From NCBI GenBank assembly GCA_963664435.2, contig CAXXKM010000002.1, positions 640,001 to 704,000 of the forward strand: a stretch of 64,000 nt of DNA. The letters are read 5' to 3'. Position numbers and translations under genes: made by a program. Of the stretch, positions 8,596 through 16,953 are shown piece by piece; the first letter of the stretch is position 1; every line of letters begins with the position of its first letter. A model generated the notes under the pieces. It searched no databases, was not told the origin of the DNA, and worked only from the letters and a program-made list of their open reading frames with translations. This stretch comes from Longimicrobiales bacterium (lineage in GTDB: Bacteria; Gemmatimonadota; Gemmatimonadetes; Longimicrobiales; Gaopeijiaceae).

Positions 8596-9219
8596 GTGCC
8601 GGGAGCCGCACTCCGGGAGGGAGATGTGACGATCGCCGAGCTTGGCGGCCAGCCCGACGCCGTTCGCGAACAGGCAGCGGCGCTGCTCGTGGACGGCTTC
8701 GACGAACATCCGCGGGGATGGCCGCACCTGGAATCCGCCACGGAGGAGGTTGCGCAAGTCATCCGCCAGGGCTTCGCCTTCGCCGCCCTCGCGGATACAC
8801 GCCTTCTGGGGTGGATCGGGGGTCTGCCGGAATACGAGGGCCGCGTGTGGGAGCTGCACCCGCTCGTCGTACGGCTGGAGCACCGTCTTCGCGGGGTCGG
8901 GAGGGCGCTCGTAGCCGCCTTCGAGGATGAGGCGCGGCGGCGCGGCGCCCTGACGTTCACCCTCGGCACGGATGACGACGGTGGCCAGACCTCGCTCGCC
9001 GGGGTGGACCTCTACGAGGATGTTCCGCGTCATATCGCCGAACTGCGGGACCTGGGCAGCCGGCACCCGTTTCTCTTCTATCGCCGCCTGGGCTACGTGG
9101 TCACGGGGTGCATGCCGGACGCCAACGGCCCGGGCCGGCCCGACATCTACATGTCCAAGCCCGCCCGGCGGGACGGCGGACGTCAGCGGCCCCGGAGCGA
9201 ACGCCCCGCGGAACGGTGA
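8596..9219 (+). CDS. GNAT acetyltransferase, AAC(6')-Ia/Ii-like
   Basis: GWIGGLPEY..VWELHPLVV, GVGRALV, TLGTDD...TSLAGVDLY, HPFLFYRRLGY, PDANGPGRPDIYMSK. True start may be GTG 8626. Confidence 0.85.
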   Translation: MPGAALREGDVTIAELGGQPDAVREQAAALLVDGFDEHPRGWPHLESATEEVAQVIRQGFAFAALADTRLLGWIGGLPEYEGRVWELHPLVVRLEHRLRGVGRALVAAFEDEARRRGALTFTLGTDDDGGQTSLAGVDLYEDVPRHIAELRDLGSRHPFLFYRRLGYVVTGCMPDANGPGRPDIYMSKPARRDGGRQRPRSERPAER

Positions 9220-9252
9220 AGCGTCCTTCCGTTGCGGGACGACCGCAGCCGG

Positions 9253-9504
9253 CTACCTGAGCTTGACGGCCCTCCTTAGGACCTTCGCCTTGTCGATCAG
9301 GCTCGTGGCCTTGTCCACGGCGCCCTCGGCTTCGGGGAGGAGCAGGTCGCGGATGTCGAGCAGCGTTTCCAGGTAGAGCTGGTCGCGCTGGAAGGCGAAG
9401 TCCAGCCGATCCATCTCGGCACGGTCGTTCTCGCGTTCGGCCTTCCCGAAGGCGCTCGTGTAGATGGCCTCCAGGTTGCCCACGATGCGGCTGCGATCTC
9501 TCAT
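9253..9504 (-). CDS. Hypothetical helical protein (83 aa)
   Basis: MRDRSRIVGNLEAIY...FQRDQLYLETLLDIRDLL; ATGA overlap with upstream hydrolase. Confidence 0.7.
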   Translation of the reverse strand: MRDRSRIVGNLEAIYTSAFGKAERENDRAEMDRLDFAFQRDQLYLETLLDIRDLLLPEAEGAVDKATSLIDKAKVLRRAVKLR

Positions 9505-10199
9505 CCTGTCTCGACCCGCTTCCGTTCCAGTGCCCGGGCGACCGCCGGCCGGGTGAGAAACTCCCGTATGCCGCGGCGCAGTTCGTCGAAGTGCCCGTGA
9601 AAGTAGTGGTCCGCTCCCGGGATGACGACCGCTTCCACCGGATTCCCCAGCTTGCGGGCGAATTCCGCGGCACGGGCGCCCGAACCGAACTCGTCGCGTT
9701 CGCCCTGAACGATGAGCACCGGGCAGCGCGCATCCGCCAGGAAGCCGTAGTCGTGGACGTCGAAGGCGAGCCCCACGCCCACCATGGCCGCGACGCGCGC
9801 GTGGCCGGCACCCGCCCTCAGCGCGACCAGCGACCCGAACGAGAATCCACCGGCCACCAGCGGCAGGCCCGGAAAGAGACGCTCGACGTGCCGCAGCGCC
9901 GCGCGCGCGTCCTCGGTCTCGCCGAGTCCCCCGTCGTAGGAGCCGGTGCTGCGCCCCACGCCGCGAAAGTTGAAGCGGAGCGCCGCCAGCCCGGCTTCGG
10001 TCATGGCCTGGGCGGCGCGGTACACGGCCTTGGTGTGCATCGTGCCCCCGTGCAGGGGATGCGGGTGGCACATGACCGCGGCCGCGCGCGGAGCTTCCCG
10101 CGGCTGGCGCAGCACAGCCTCCAGCAGGCCGTGCGAGACGGGTATCGGGAGGAAGCCTCCCGTCGATGGAGGGGGCATGGGGAACCGGTTCGTTCGCAT
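9501..10199 (-). CDS. Alpha/beta hydrolase
   Basis: CHPHPLHGGTM, LRFNFRGVGRS, GFSFG nucleophile elbow, QGERDEF, GADHYF. Start uncertain (10178-10247). Confidence 0.9.
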   Translation of the reverse strand: MRTNRFPMPPPSTGGFLPIPVSHGLLEAVLRQPREAPRAAAVMCHPHPLHGGTMHTKAVYRAAQAMTEAGLAALRFNFRGVGRSTGSYDGGLGETEDARAALRHVERLFPGLPLVAGGFSFGSLVALRAGAGHARVAAMVGVGLAFDVHDYGFLADARCPVLIVQGERDEFGSGARAAEFARKLGNPVEAVVIPGADHYFHGHFDELRRGIREFLTRPAVARALERKRVETG

Positions 10200-10270
10200 G
10201 TCGATCAGGGCGGGGCTATTCTGTCCGCCTGCCGAGAGCCGGGTCAAGGGCAGCCGGAGGACCAGGATCG

Positions 10271-10669
10271 ATGACCGTCGAACCGACCGAGTTGGCGAAA
10301 GTGGTAAACCGCATGTACTGGGACTCCGACGAGAGCGTCAACCGGATCGCCGAGCGGCTCGATCTCTCCAAGGGCGCCCTCTACGGCATGATCGAGCCGG
10401 CGCCCGCCGGCGGCACCTGCCCCGATTGCGGTTCATCCCTGAACTTCGGCAACCGCACGGCCCGTGACCGCGGGCTCGCCGAATGCGCCGCCTGCTCACT
10501 TGTCGGCGAGCCGACGGACCGGGTATCATCCCCCGCACCCGCCGCGCACCCCCCGGAGTGGCCGGCGGTCCGCGAGCCCCGCCGCTGGAGCGGGCGAACG
10601 CTGGCCGGTTCCCTGCTTCTCGGAGTGGTCGCGGGGGTGCTGATTGCCGGCCTCCTGCGCCGCCGGTGA
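10271..10669 (+). CDS. Hypothetical protein: HTH-like N-terminus, Zn ribbon, C-terminal TM helix
   Basis: SVNRIAERLDLSKGALY; CPDCG...CAAC; LAGSLLLGVVAGVLIAGLLRRR. Confidence 0.75.
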   Translation: MTVEPTELAKVVNRMYWDSDESVNRIAERLDLSKGALYGMIEPAPAGGTCPDCGSSLNFGNRTARDRGLAECAACSLVGEPTDRVSSPAPAAHPPEWPAVREPRRWSGRTLAGSLLLGVVAGVLIAGLLRRR

Positions 10670-10718
10670 CGGCGCCGCCCCATTCCACACCCACATCAGA
10701 CGAGATCGTTACCTGACG

Positions 10719-11486
10719 ATGAAGCTACAGCACCCCACGCCGCCAGCTGGGCATCGGTCCGCCGCACGCTTTCGCCGCGGGGCTCTGCTCCCGCTCGTTC
10801 TCGCGCTGGCCACCGGCTGCGCGGGCGGGGAGGGCGACGCGAACCCCCCCGCGGAGGAGGCATCCACGGAGTCCCTCACCCGGAGCCTCGTCACCACTCC
10901 GCCCGAAACGCTCCCCGGAGAGGAGATCGACTTTCCGGGCCTGGGCTACGACTTCGGAGACCCTGAAGCCACGCTGCGCATCGCCGAACTGAGCGACTTC
11001 GGCTGCGGCTTCTGCCGCCAGTTTCACGAAGAGACCTTTCCTGTGCTCCAGGAGGAGTACATGGACGCCGGAACCGTGCTGTGGAAGTACATCCCGATCG
11101 TGACCGGGATGTTTCCCCATGGAGACATGTCGGCGCTCGCGGGCGAGTGCGCGGGTGAGCAGGACGAGTTCGAACCGATGCTCGAGCGGCTGTACGAGGA
11201 TCAGGGAACGTGGAAGAACAGCAGCGACCCCATGCCGCACTTCCTCGGCTACGCCGCCGAGCTGGGGCTGAACTCCGAGCAGTTCGAGTCCTGCATCGTC
11301 GAGGAGCGCCCCGGAGACCGCATCGCCGACGGCGGGCGGGCCGCCCGGGCGCTGGGCCTGCGCGGAACGCCGAGCTTCCTGATCAACGGATTCCCCGTCC
11401 AGGGCGCCCTTCCCACCCAGCTCTTCCGCGACATCCTGGACAACGAGCTGGCGGCGCTGGCCGAGGCTGCGGGGTCGGGGGACTAA
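10719..11486 (+). CDS. DsbA-family thioredoxin lipoprotein
   Basis: Lipobox LATGC; SDFGCGFCRQFH; GLRGTPSFLING. Confidence 0.9.
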   Translation: MKLQHPTPPAGHRSAARFRRGALLPLVLALATGCAGGEGDANPPAEEASTESLTRSLVTTPPETLPGEEIDFPGLGYDFGDPEATLRIAELSDFGCGFCRQFHEETFPVLQEEYMDAGTVLWKYIPIVTGMFPHGDMSALAGECAGEQDEFEPMLERLYEDQGTWKNSSDPMPHFLGYAAELGLNSEQFESCIVEERPGDRIADGGRAARALGLRGTPSFLINGFPVQGALPTQLFRDILDNELAALAEAAGSGD

Positions 11487-12373
11487 CCTCCCGGCCGCCG
11501 CTGCACGCGGTCGAGCGGGCGCGCCGTGTTCGCCGACCGCCGGGCCTCACGGGTGGCCATGTTGAACCGGTCGCCGGGAGCCAGGAAGTAGAAGTCGCCG
11601 CCGGTGTCGATCTGCGCCCCGGTGTCGTAGATGACGACGTAGCTCTCGCCGATCACCTCGAATTCGTCGCCCTGGACCACGATCGCGGTGTTTTCGTCGA
11701 TGCCGATGCCCAGGAGATCGGGCATCGCCTCCATCACCTCGAGCATGTCGAACTGGCGGTTGCGGCGCAGCAGGTGCTGGTCGACGCCCACGTTGCGCAG
11801 AAAGCCGAACCCCTCCTCGTGGTCCCCCATCATGATGGTGTTGGTCTGCGTGTCCCCGCGGATCAGGTATGATCCCTGGATCGAGGCGCCGGCCGACGAG
11901 CCGCCGATGACGCCGCCGCGCTCGAGCACGCGGTGGAGCTCCTCCTCGGTGCGCGTGTCCAGGTAGGAATCCGCGATGCGCCACTGCCTCCCGCCCGGGA
12001 ACCAGACGCCTCCGGCTTCCTGGATGGGCCGTACGAAGGCCTCGCTGTCGGCCTCGTCGCGGTCGTTGGTGTGGATCACCGTCAGGTTGGTCGCGCCAGC
12101 CGCACGGAACTGGCGCAGGCCGGGGTAGAACTGGTCGTACTCCGCCGCGCCGCCTGCAGTCGGGATCACGACGATCGGGGCGTCGGGGCCGCCCGCCAGG
12201 TCGATGAAGCGGCGCACGATGCCCAGATCCTGCATGGCGCCCCCCACCACGACAAGCGAGCCGTTGGCGGGACCCACCTCCTGGGCCCCCAGCGGCGTCG
12301 GTGTGCCGTCTCCGGCGGTCCCCGCGAGGGCGAGGGCAATTCCGATGGCGATCACGGTTGTGCTCCGGTTCAT
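11483..12373 (-). CDS. Cyanophycinase-like peptidase S51 with signal peptide
   Basis: VVIPTA, WFPGGRQW, GGSSAGA, DQHLLRRNR, GIGIDENTA; hydrophobic N-terminus. Confidence 0.9.
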   Translation of the reverse strand: MNRSTTVIAIGIALALAGTAGDGTPTPLGAQEVGPANGSLVVVGGAMQDLGIVRRFIDLAGGPDAPIVVIPTAGGAAEYDQFYPGLRQFRAAGATNLTVIHTNDRDEADSEAFVRPIQEAGGVWFPGGRQWRIADSYLDTRTEEELHRVLERGGVIGGSSAGASIQGSYLIRGDTQTNTIMMGDHEEGFGFLRNVGVDQHLLRRNRQFDMLEVMEAMPDLLGIGIDENTAIVVQGDEFEVIGESYVVIYDTGAQIDTGGDFYFLAPGDRFNMATREARRSANTARPLDRVQRRPGG

Positions 12374-12636
12374 CTGCGACCTCCTGGACGTCGTCCGCTT
12401 CGTGGTATTCCCGATCGTGGCCGGGCTGGCGGGCAACCCGGACTGGAATCATTCGGTCTGGAGCCCGGTTGCGCCAGCCGCGGGAGCGGACCCGGCGAAT
12501 TACGCATTTTACGTAAATTGTGTAATTGCCGACCCTGGAACCGTCCGGCGCGCGCGCCGCGTCATCGGTTGCTGATAGGGTGCTGATGGCGGGCTAGTAC
12601 CTTGGTCCGTCACCTTCACCACACCGAGGAAGCGCC

Positions 12637-13509
12637 ATGTCCGGAGGAAAGCGCCCGCAGTCGCCGTTTCTACTCCTGTCCGTCCCCTACCGGAACCTCG
12701 TTCCGCTCACGACGCCAGCCGAGTTCATCAAGCGCGAACGAGGGCTCAAGGGATCGGCTGTGATCTGGCGCCTGAGGACGGGGGAACTGGCCGACAACCT
12801 GACGATCGCGCGCCGCCGGCCGGCGGGCGTTGTCCTGATTCTCGTTCTTCCGCCCGCTTCTTCGCTGACGACCGAGACCGATCTCCTCCATGTCATCGGG
12901 CGATGCAGACCGACAGCCATCGTTCCTCACCACGAGGACATCGATCCGGAAGATATGAAGTCTCTCATTCGCCGGCCGCCGACCGACCTCCCGGTCGAGT
13001 TCACCGAGTACCTGGCGTGGAGGGGACTGCACGTCGACCGCGGAACATGCGACATCATTCGCCGCACGGTCAGGTTGGCAACGCAGCTCACCACGATCGC
13101 CAGCCTGTCGCGGACGATCTACCTGTCGCGCCGTGCACTGGGTCGCCGCTTCGTGTCGAGGGGACTGCCGGTGCCTTCCCACTGGTTGCAATTCTGCCGG
13201 ATTCTCCACGCGGTCCTTCGGCTTCAGAACTCCTCGCAGAGCCTGCACTCCGTTGCCTGTGACCTGGGTTATCCCGACGGATTCGCGCTGAGCAATCAGA
13301 TGAACCGGCTAATCGGAGTCAGGCCCTCGACCGCCCGGCGGTGTCTGGGTTGGGAGTGGCTGATCGAGTGCTGGTTGCAGAGGGAGAAGGCGATCGGAGC
13401 GTTGGCTCATGACTTGCATCAAGGCGGTCCGGCGGCCGGACCGCCGCGCGCATTCCGTTCCCCTCGAGATTCGGCCCGACGAGCGAGGAAACTGGCCGTT
13501 CGGCGATAG
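12637..13509 (+). CDS. AraC-family HTH regulator
   Basis: LSRRALGRRF...PSHWLQFCRILHA...SLHSVACDLGYPDGFALSNQMNRLIGVRPS. Confidence 0.82.
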   Translation: MSGGKRPQSPFLLLSVPYRNLVPLTTPAEFIKRERGLKGSAVIWRLRTGELADNLTIARRRPAGVVLILVLPPASSLTTETDLLHVIGRCRPTAIVPHHEDIDPEDMKSLIRRPPTDLPVEFTEYLAWRGLHVDRGTCDIIRRTVRLATQLTTIASLSRTIYLSRRALGRRFVSRGLPVPSHWLQFCRILHAVLRLQNSSQSLHSVACDLGYPDGFALSNQMNRLIGVRPSTARRCLGWEWLIECWLQREKAIGALAHDLHQGGPAAGPPRAFRSPRDSARRARKLAVRR

Positions 13510-13539
13510 GCCTCCAAGTGACTCCAGCAACAGTGAAAA

Positions 13540-16500
13540 ATGTCCGATTGGCCTTTCGGGACGGGAAACACGGAAGTCCACCAAGACAATACCCGCCCAA
13601 CCTTTCGGCTAATGACCTTCGGCGGTCCCAAGTTGATCGCCGGCCCCAAGACTCATCCGTTGTCTCCTCTGAGAGCGGCTCTGCTCGGCCTGCTCGCGAC
13701 AGCGCCGGATGACGGCCTGTCCACAGCGCGCGTCATCGCCCTGCTCTGGAAACCAGGGCCTTCCAGTCGGCTGAGACACCGGGTCAGCCAGTTGATCTAT
13801 GCGCTGAACCGGGGACTCCCCGAGAAAGTGGTTGTGAAGAGACGTCACCGCCACTGCGTGAGCAAGGCGATCCCGACGGATTACCAGCTGTTCGAGGCGG
13901 CGTTGCGGAATCATCGAACCATGGAAGCCGCGGAACTGGTGAGGCGCGGCTTTCTCCTGGAGCTGACCAGGCCCCCTTCGGATGCGTTTCTTGAGTGGCT
14001 GGACAAGACGAGGCTCGAGCAGCGAGCCCGGACCCGACAGACCGCTGCCGAACAGTGGACCCGCCTGACCGACCAAGGCCGCTGGAGGCAGGCTGTCGAA
14101 CCGGCCCGGGCTCTGCTCTTGTTGAACGCCGATGACGAACGGGCTCTTCGCATGGTGATTCGCGCCGAAGCCATCGCCGGAAGCGTACGCGAGGCCGAGG
14201 CCGCCTTCCACAGTTTCGTGGAACGTGCCAAATCGGATAACCGGGACTGGGTTCCACAAGCGGAGACGCTGTCGCTGGTCGACTACATCCGCAACATGCC
14301 TTTTCGCGGCAGCACGAAGTTCGCTGCGCACGCGCTGGACGCGTCTCCCCTGATCGGGCGCTCGGAGGAGCTCGCCGCCCTTTCGGCCGCGATGCTCCCA
14401 CGACCCGGAGACGGGTTGCGCCTGGTTGTCATCAGAGGAGAGCGCGGCACCGGCAAGACCCGGCTTCTCGAGGAATCCCTGGCCACCGATCTGCTGAGCG
14501 GCATCCGGACATTGCGCTTGCGGGCGTCGAAAACCGGACGGCGAGCCTTCCTCAACTCCGTTCTCGATGCCCTGGCATCCTCCGATGTCGGCTCTGACCT
14601 GCGCGACCTCGCGGAGCCGTGGCGCGCGGCGCTGCTGGAGTCCATCCCGGAGACCCCTTCCGGGACCAAGCTCCCTGTCGAACCGCGTGCGGCCGAACCC
14701 GACCAGGTCCTCCGGCGATACCCTGAAGCCATCCGTCAGGCGCTTCTCGCGGTGGCCGGGAATGAGCCCGTCGTCCTCGTCGTTGACGATTGCCACCGGG
14801 TCGACGAGGAGTTCGCCGAGGTTCTCCGGTACGTCGTGCAGCGGTGGCCCTCGCTGCCGCTGGCGGTCACGCTCACGGTAGCGACGGAGAGCTTGCACCG
14901 GAAGGATCCGTTCATCCGGCTGCTCGGCGATTCGCTCCATGAGTGTGAGCTGGCCGAGTTTACCCTCGGTAAACTCACCCGGGAAGCTGCCGCGGAGCTG
15001 GTGGACACCGTTGCGGATGGTCGCATTGAGGAAGAAGTGCGGGACCGGATCGTCGAGTTGAGCGACCAGAACCCGCTGTTCCTCCTGAAGCTCTCGGAAC
15101 TGCCTCTGGCCGGCTTGCCCCTGCCGAACCTGGATCCCGACGACTTCGTGTCCGTCCCTCAATCCATATCGGATGTCTTTTCGGGGCGCGTGGCGGAACT
15201 GGATGATGACACCGAGCGCACTCTTCAGCTTCTCAGTGTCATGGGGCGTCCCCTGGGCGTCGGCACCTTGTCGAAGCTGAGCGACCGATCACGCGACTCG
15301 TGCGTCGACGCTCTGGACATCCTGCAGCAGTCCCGGCTGGTCAGGAGGGCTGCACGCGGGTTTTCCGTGCGCTACGAACTGATCCGCCATGTGGTCTACG
15401 ATCGCATGACGGTCGCGCGGCGGACCTGGGTTCATGGTCGCGTGGCAAGTCATCTTGATGACCCGAACACCTCGGCAACTCCCGCCGAACTGGCGATTCA
15501 TTACCGTCATGCCGGGATTCCGACCAAGGCGCTGCGGCACGCGCTGGCCGGAGCCAGTGCCGCCGAGAAGTCCGGTGCCCTCGCAGAGGCGACGACGCTC
15601 TTCGCGCTCGCCCGGCGAAATATCCACGATCCCCGGACTCACGCCCGGATGGCTGAACGCCTTGCTCGCCTCCACTACGTGCGCCGGGACATCGCGGACG
15701 GACCGGATCGGTTGGCCGAGGCAGCGTATGAGCTTCGCAAGGTCCATCATCACCAGAGCGCTCTTGTCGCGGACATCCAACGCGTCGATCTCCTCGCAGG
15801 CAGCGGCTCCTGTTCTCCGGAGGAGGCAGTCGCTCGCATCCGCGAGTTCGGACGCACCGCAGAGCAGGCGAAACATTGGAAGGCGGCTGCCAGGGCCATT
15901 GACATGGAGCTCCATATCCACAGGAAGGAAGGAGAGGGTCCTGAGGCGGACACGCTGGCCGCGCACGCCCGCAAGCTGCTGCGTCAGGTCGAACCAGGGC
16001 GGCGCGGTCCCCTCCATGCCAGCCTTGCCTTCCATCATCAGGGTGACTTCGATGCGGGGCTCGGGCATGCCCGCGAGGCAATCGCCGTCGCTCGCCGGAT
16101 GCGCGCCCCGGATGAACTGCTGCGAGCCCTGGTGCGCTTCGTCGCGATTCAAGGCGCAAGGGGACTCATTACCGACCCGGAGGCCGCCTCGGCCCTGGAA
16201 GAAGGGGAGTCCCTTGCCAGGGACCATGACGATTTCGTGGAACACCACGCCCTGCTCGTCAGCGCAGGTAGCGGATACCGCGCGACCGGACGCCTCGACC
16301 GGGCAAGGAGCTGGTTTGTAAGGGCCGGAGCGGTGCTTGCCAATGTCAAGACCTGGGAATCGCATGTTTCCCTGGAATGCAGGCTGGGAGAGCTGGCGCT
16401 GGAGGCGAGGCAGCTGGACCAGGCCGCCGCGCATTTTGGCCGCGCCCGACTACTCTGGAAGCCCGGAATGGGCCGCTGTGCGGGCATCATCAGCCATTCG

Positions 16501-16887
16501 GGCGTCGGTCTCACCGCGGTTCGAATGGGAGAACTGTCCCAGGCCCGCGAGATGGGGGCCCAGATCCCCGAACCACCCGGGAGCTGGTTCGAGGATCCCT
16601 GGGTGTTCGCTTTGTTCCAGGCGCACCTGTGCGAGTTGCAAGGCGTAGCCGGAAACGGGGCGGACGCTGTAGGCAGAATCGCGAGTCATATCGAGGCGTC
16701 CCAGCCCGCGAATTGGGCGCGGCTCAAGTTCGAGGAGGCGCTCCTGCGGCTGCGGCACTCGCTTCCACAGCGCGCCGAGATCGCTCAAACGGCGGCGGAC
16801 GCCGCCGCCGACCTGGGGATTGACCGCCGGATAACGGCCCTGAAAGCGGCGCGGCAAAGAGCGCGCAGGCGTGAGATGCCCGGCTGA
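13540..16887 (+). CDS. Large BTAD/SARP-like + AAA (STAND) ATPase + TPR transcriptional regulator
   Basis: N-terminal winged-helix/BTAD-like region (FLEWLDKTR, DDERALRMVIRA); Walker A GERGTGKT; Walker B VLVVDDCH; NPLFL; helical repeats. Start may be 13612. Confidence 0.82.
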   Translation: MSDWPFGTGNTEVHQDNTRPTFRLMTFGGPKLIAGPKTHPLSPLRAALLGLLATAPDDGLSTARVIALLWKPGPSSRLRHRVSQLIYALNRGLPEKVVVKRRHRHCVSKAIPTDYQLFEAALRNHRTMEAAELVRRGFLLELTRPPSDAFLEWLDKTRLEQRARTRQTAAEQWTRLTDQGRWRQAVEPARALLLLNADDERALRMVIRAEAIAGSVREAEAAFHSFVERAKSDNRDWVPQAETLSLVDYIRNMPFRGSTKFAAHALDASPLIGRSEELAALSAAMLPRPGDGLRLVVIRGERGTGKTRLLEESLATDLLSGIRTLRLRASKTGRRAFLNSVLDALASSDVGSDLRDLAEPWRAALLESIPETPSGTKLPVEPRAAEPDQVLRRYPEAIRQALLAVAGNEPVVLVVDDCHRVDEEFAEVLRYVVQRWPSLPLAVTLTVATESLHRKDPFIRLLGDSLHECELAEFTLGKLTREAAAELVDTVADGRIEEEVRDRIVELSDQNPLFLLKLSELPLAGLPLPNLDPDDFVSVPQSISDVFSGRVAELDDDTERTLQLLSVMGRPLGVGTLSKLSDRSRDSCVDALDILQQSRLVRRAARGFSVRYELIRHVVYDRMTVARRTWVHGRVASHLDDPNTSATPAELAIHYRHAGIPTKALRHALAGASAAEKSGALAEATTLFALARRNIHDPRTHARMAERLARLHYVRRDIADGPDRLAEAAYELRKVHHHQSALVADIQRVDLLAGSGSCSPEEAVARIREFGRTAEQAKHWKAAARAIDMELHIHRKEGEGPEADTLAAHARKLLRQVEPGRRGPLHASLAFHHQGDFDAGLGHAREAIAVARRMRAPDELLRALVRFVAIQGARGLITDPEAASALEEGESLARDHDDFVEHHALLVSAGSGYRATGRLDRARSWFVRAGAVLANVKTWESHVSLECRLGELALEARQLDQAAAHFGRARLLWKPGMGRCAGIISHSGVGLTAVRMGELSQAREMGAQIPEPPGSWFEDPWVFALFQAHLCELQGVAGNGADAVGRIASHIEASQPANWARLKFEEALLRLRHSLPQRAEIAQTAADAAADLGIDRRITALKAARQRARRREMPG

Positions 16888-16953
16888 CACCCGGAGTCCG
16901 CCAGCGGGTGCGCCAGCGCGAGGACGGCGCTGTCGGCCGCAAGCCGACCGCCG

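Noticed and set aside
12499..12526. Palindrome as a dif/Xer site
   Set aside because: Lacks the inner TAA/TTA and the TTATGTTAAAT XerD arm, and lies near oriC rather than the terminus.
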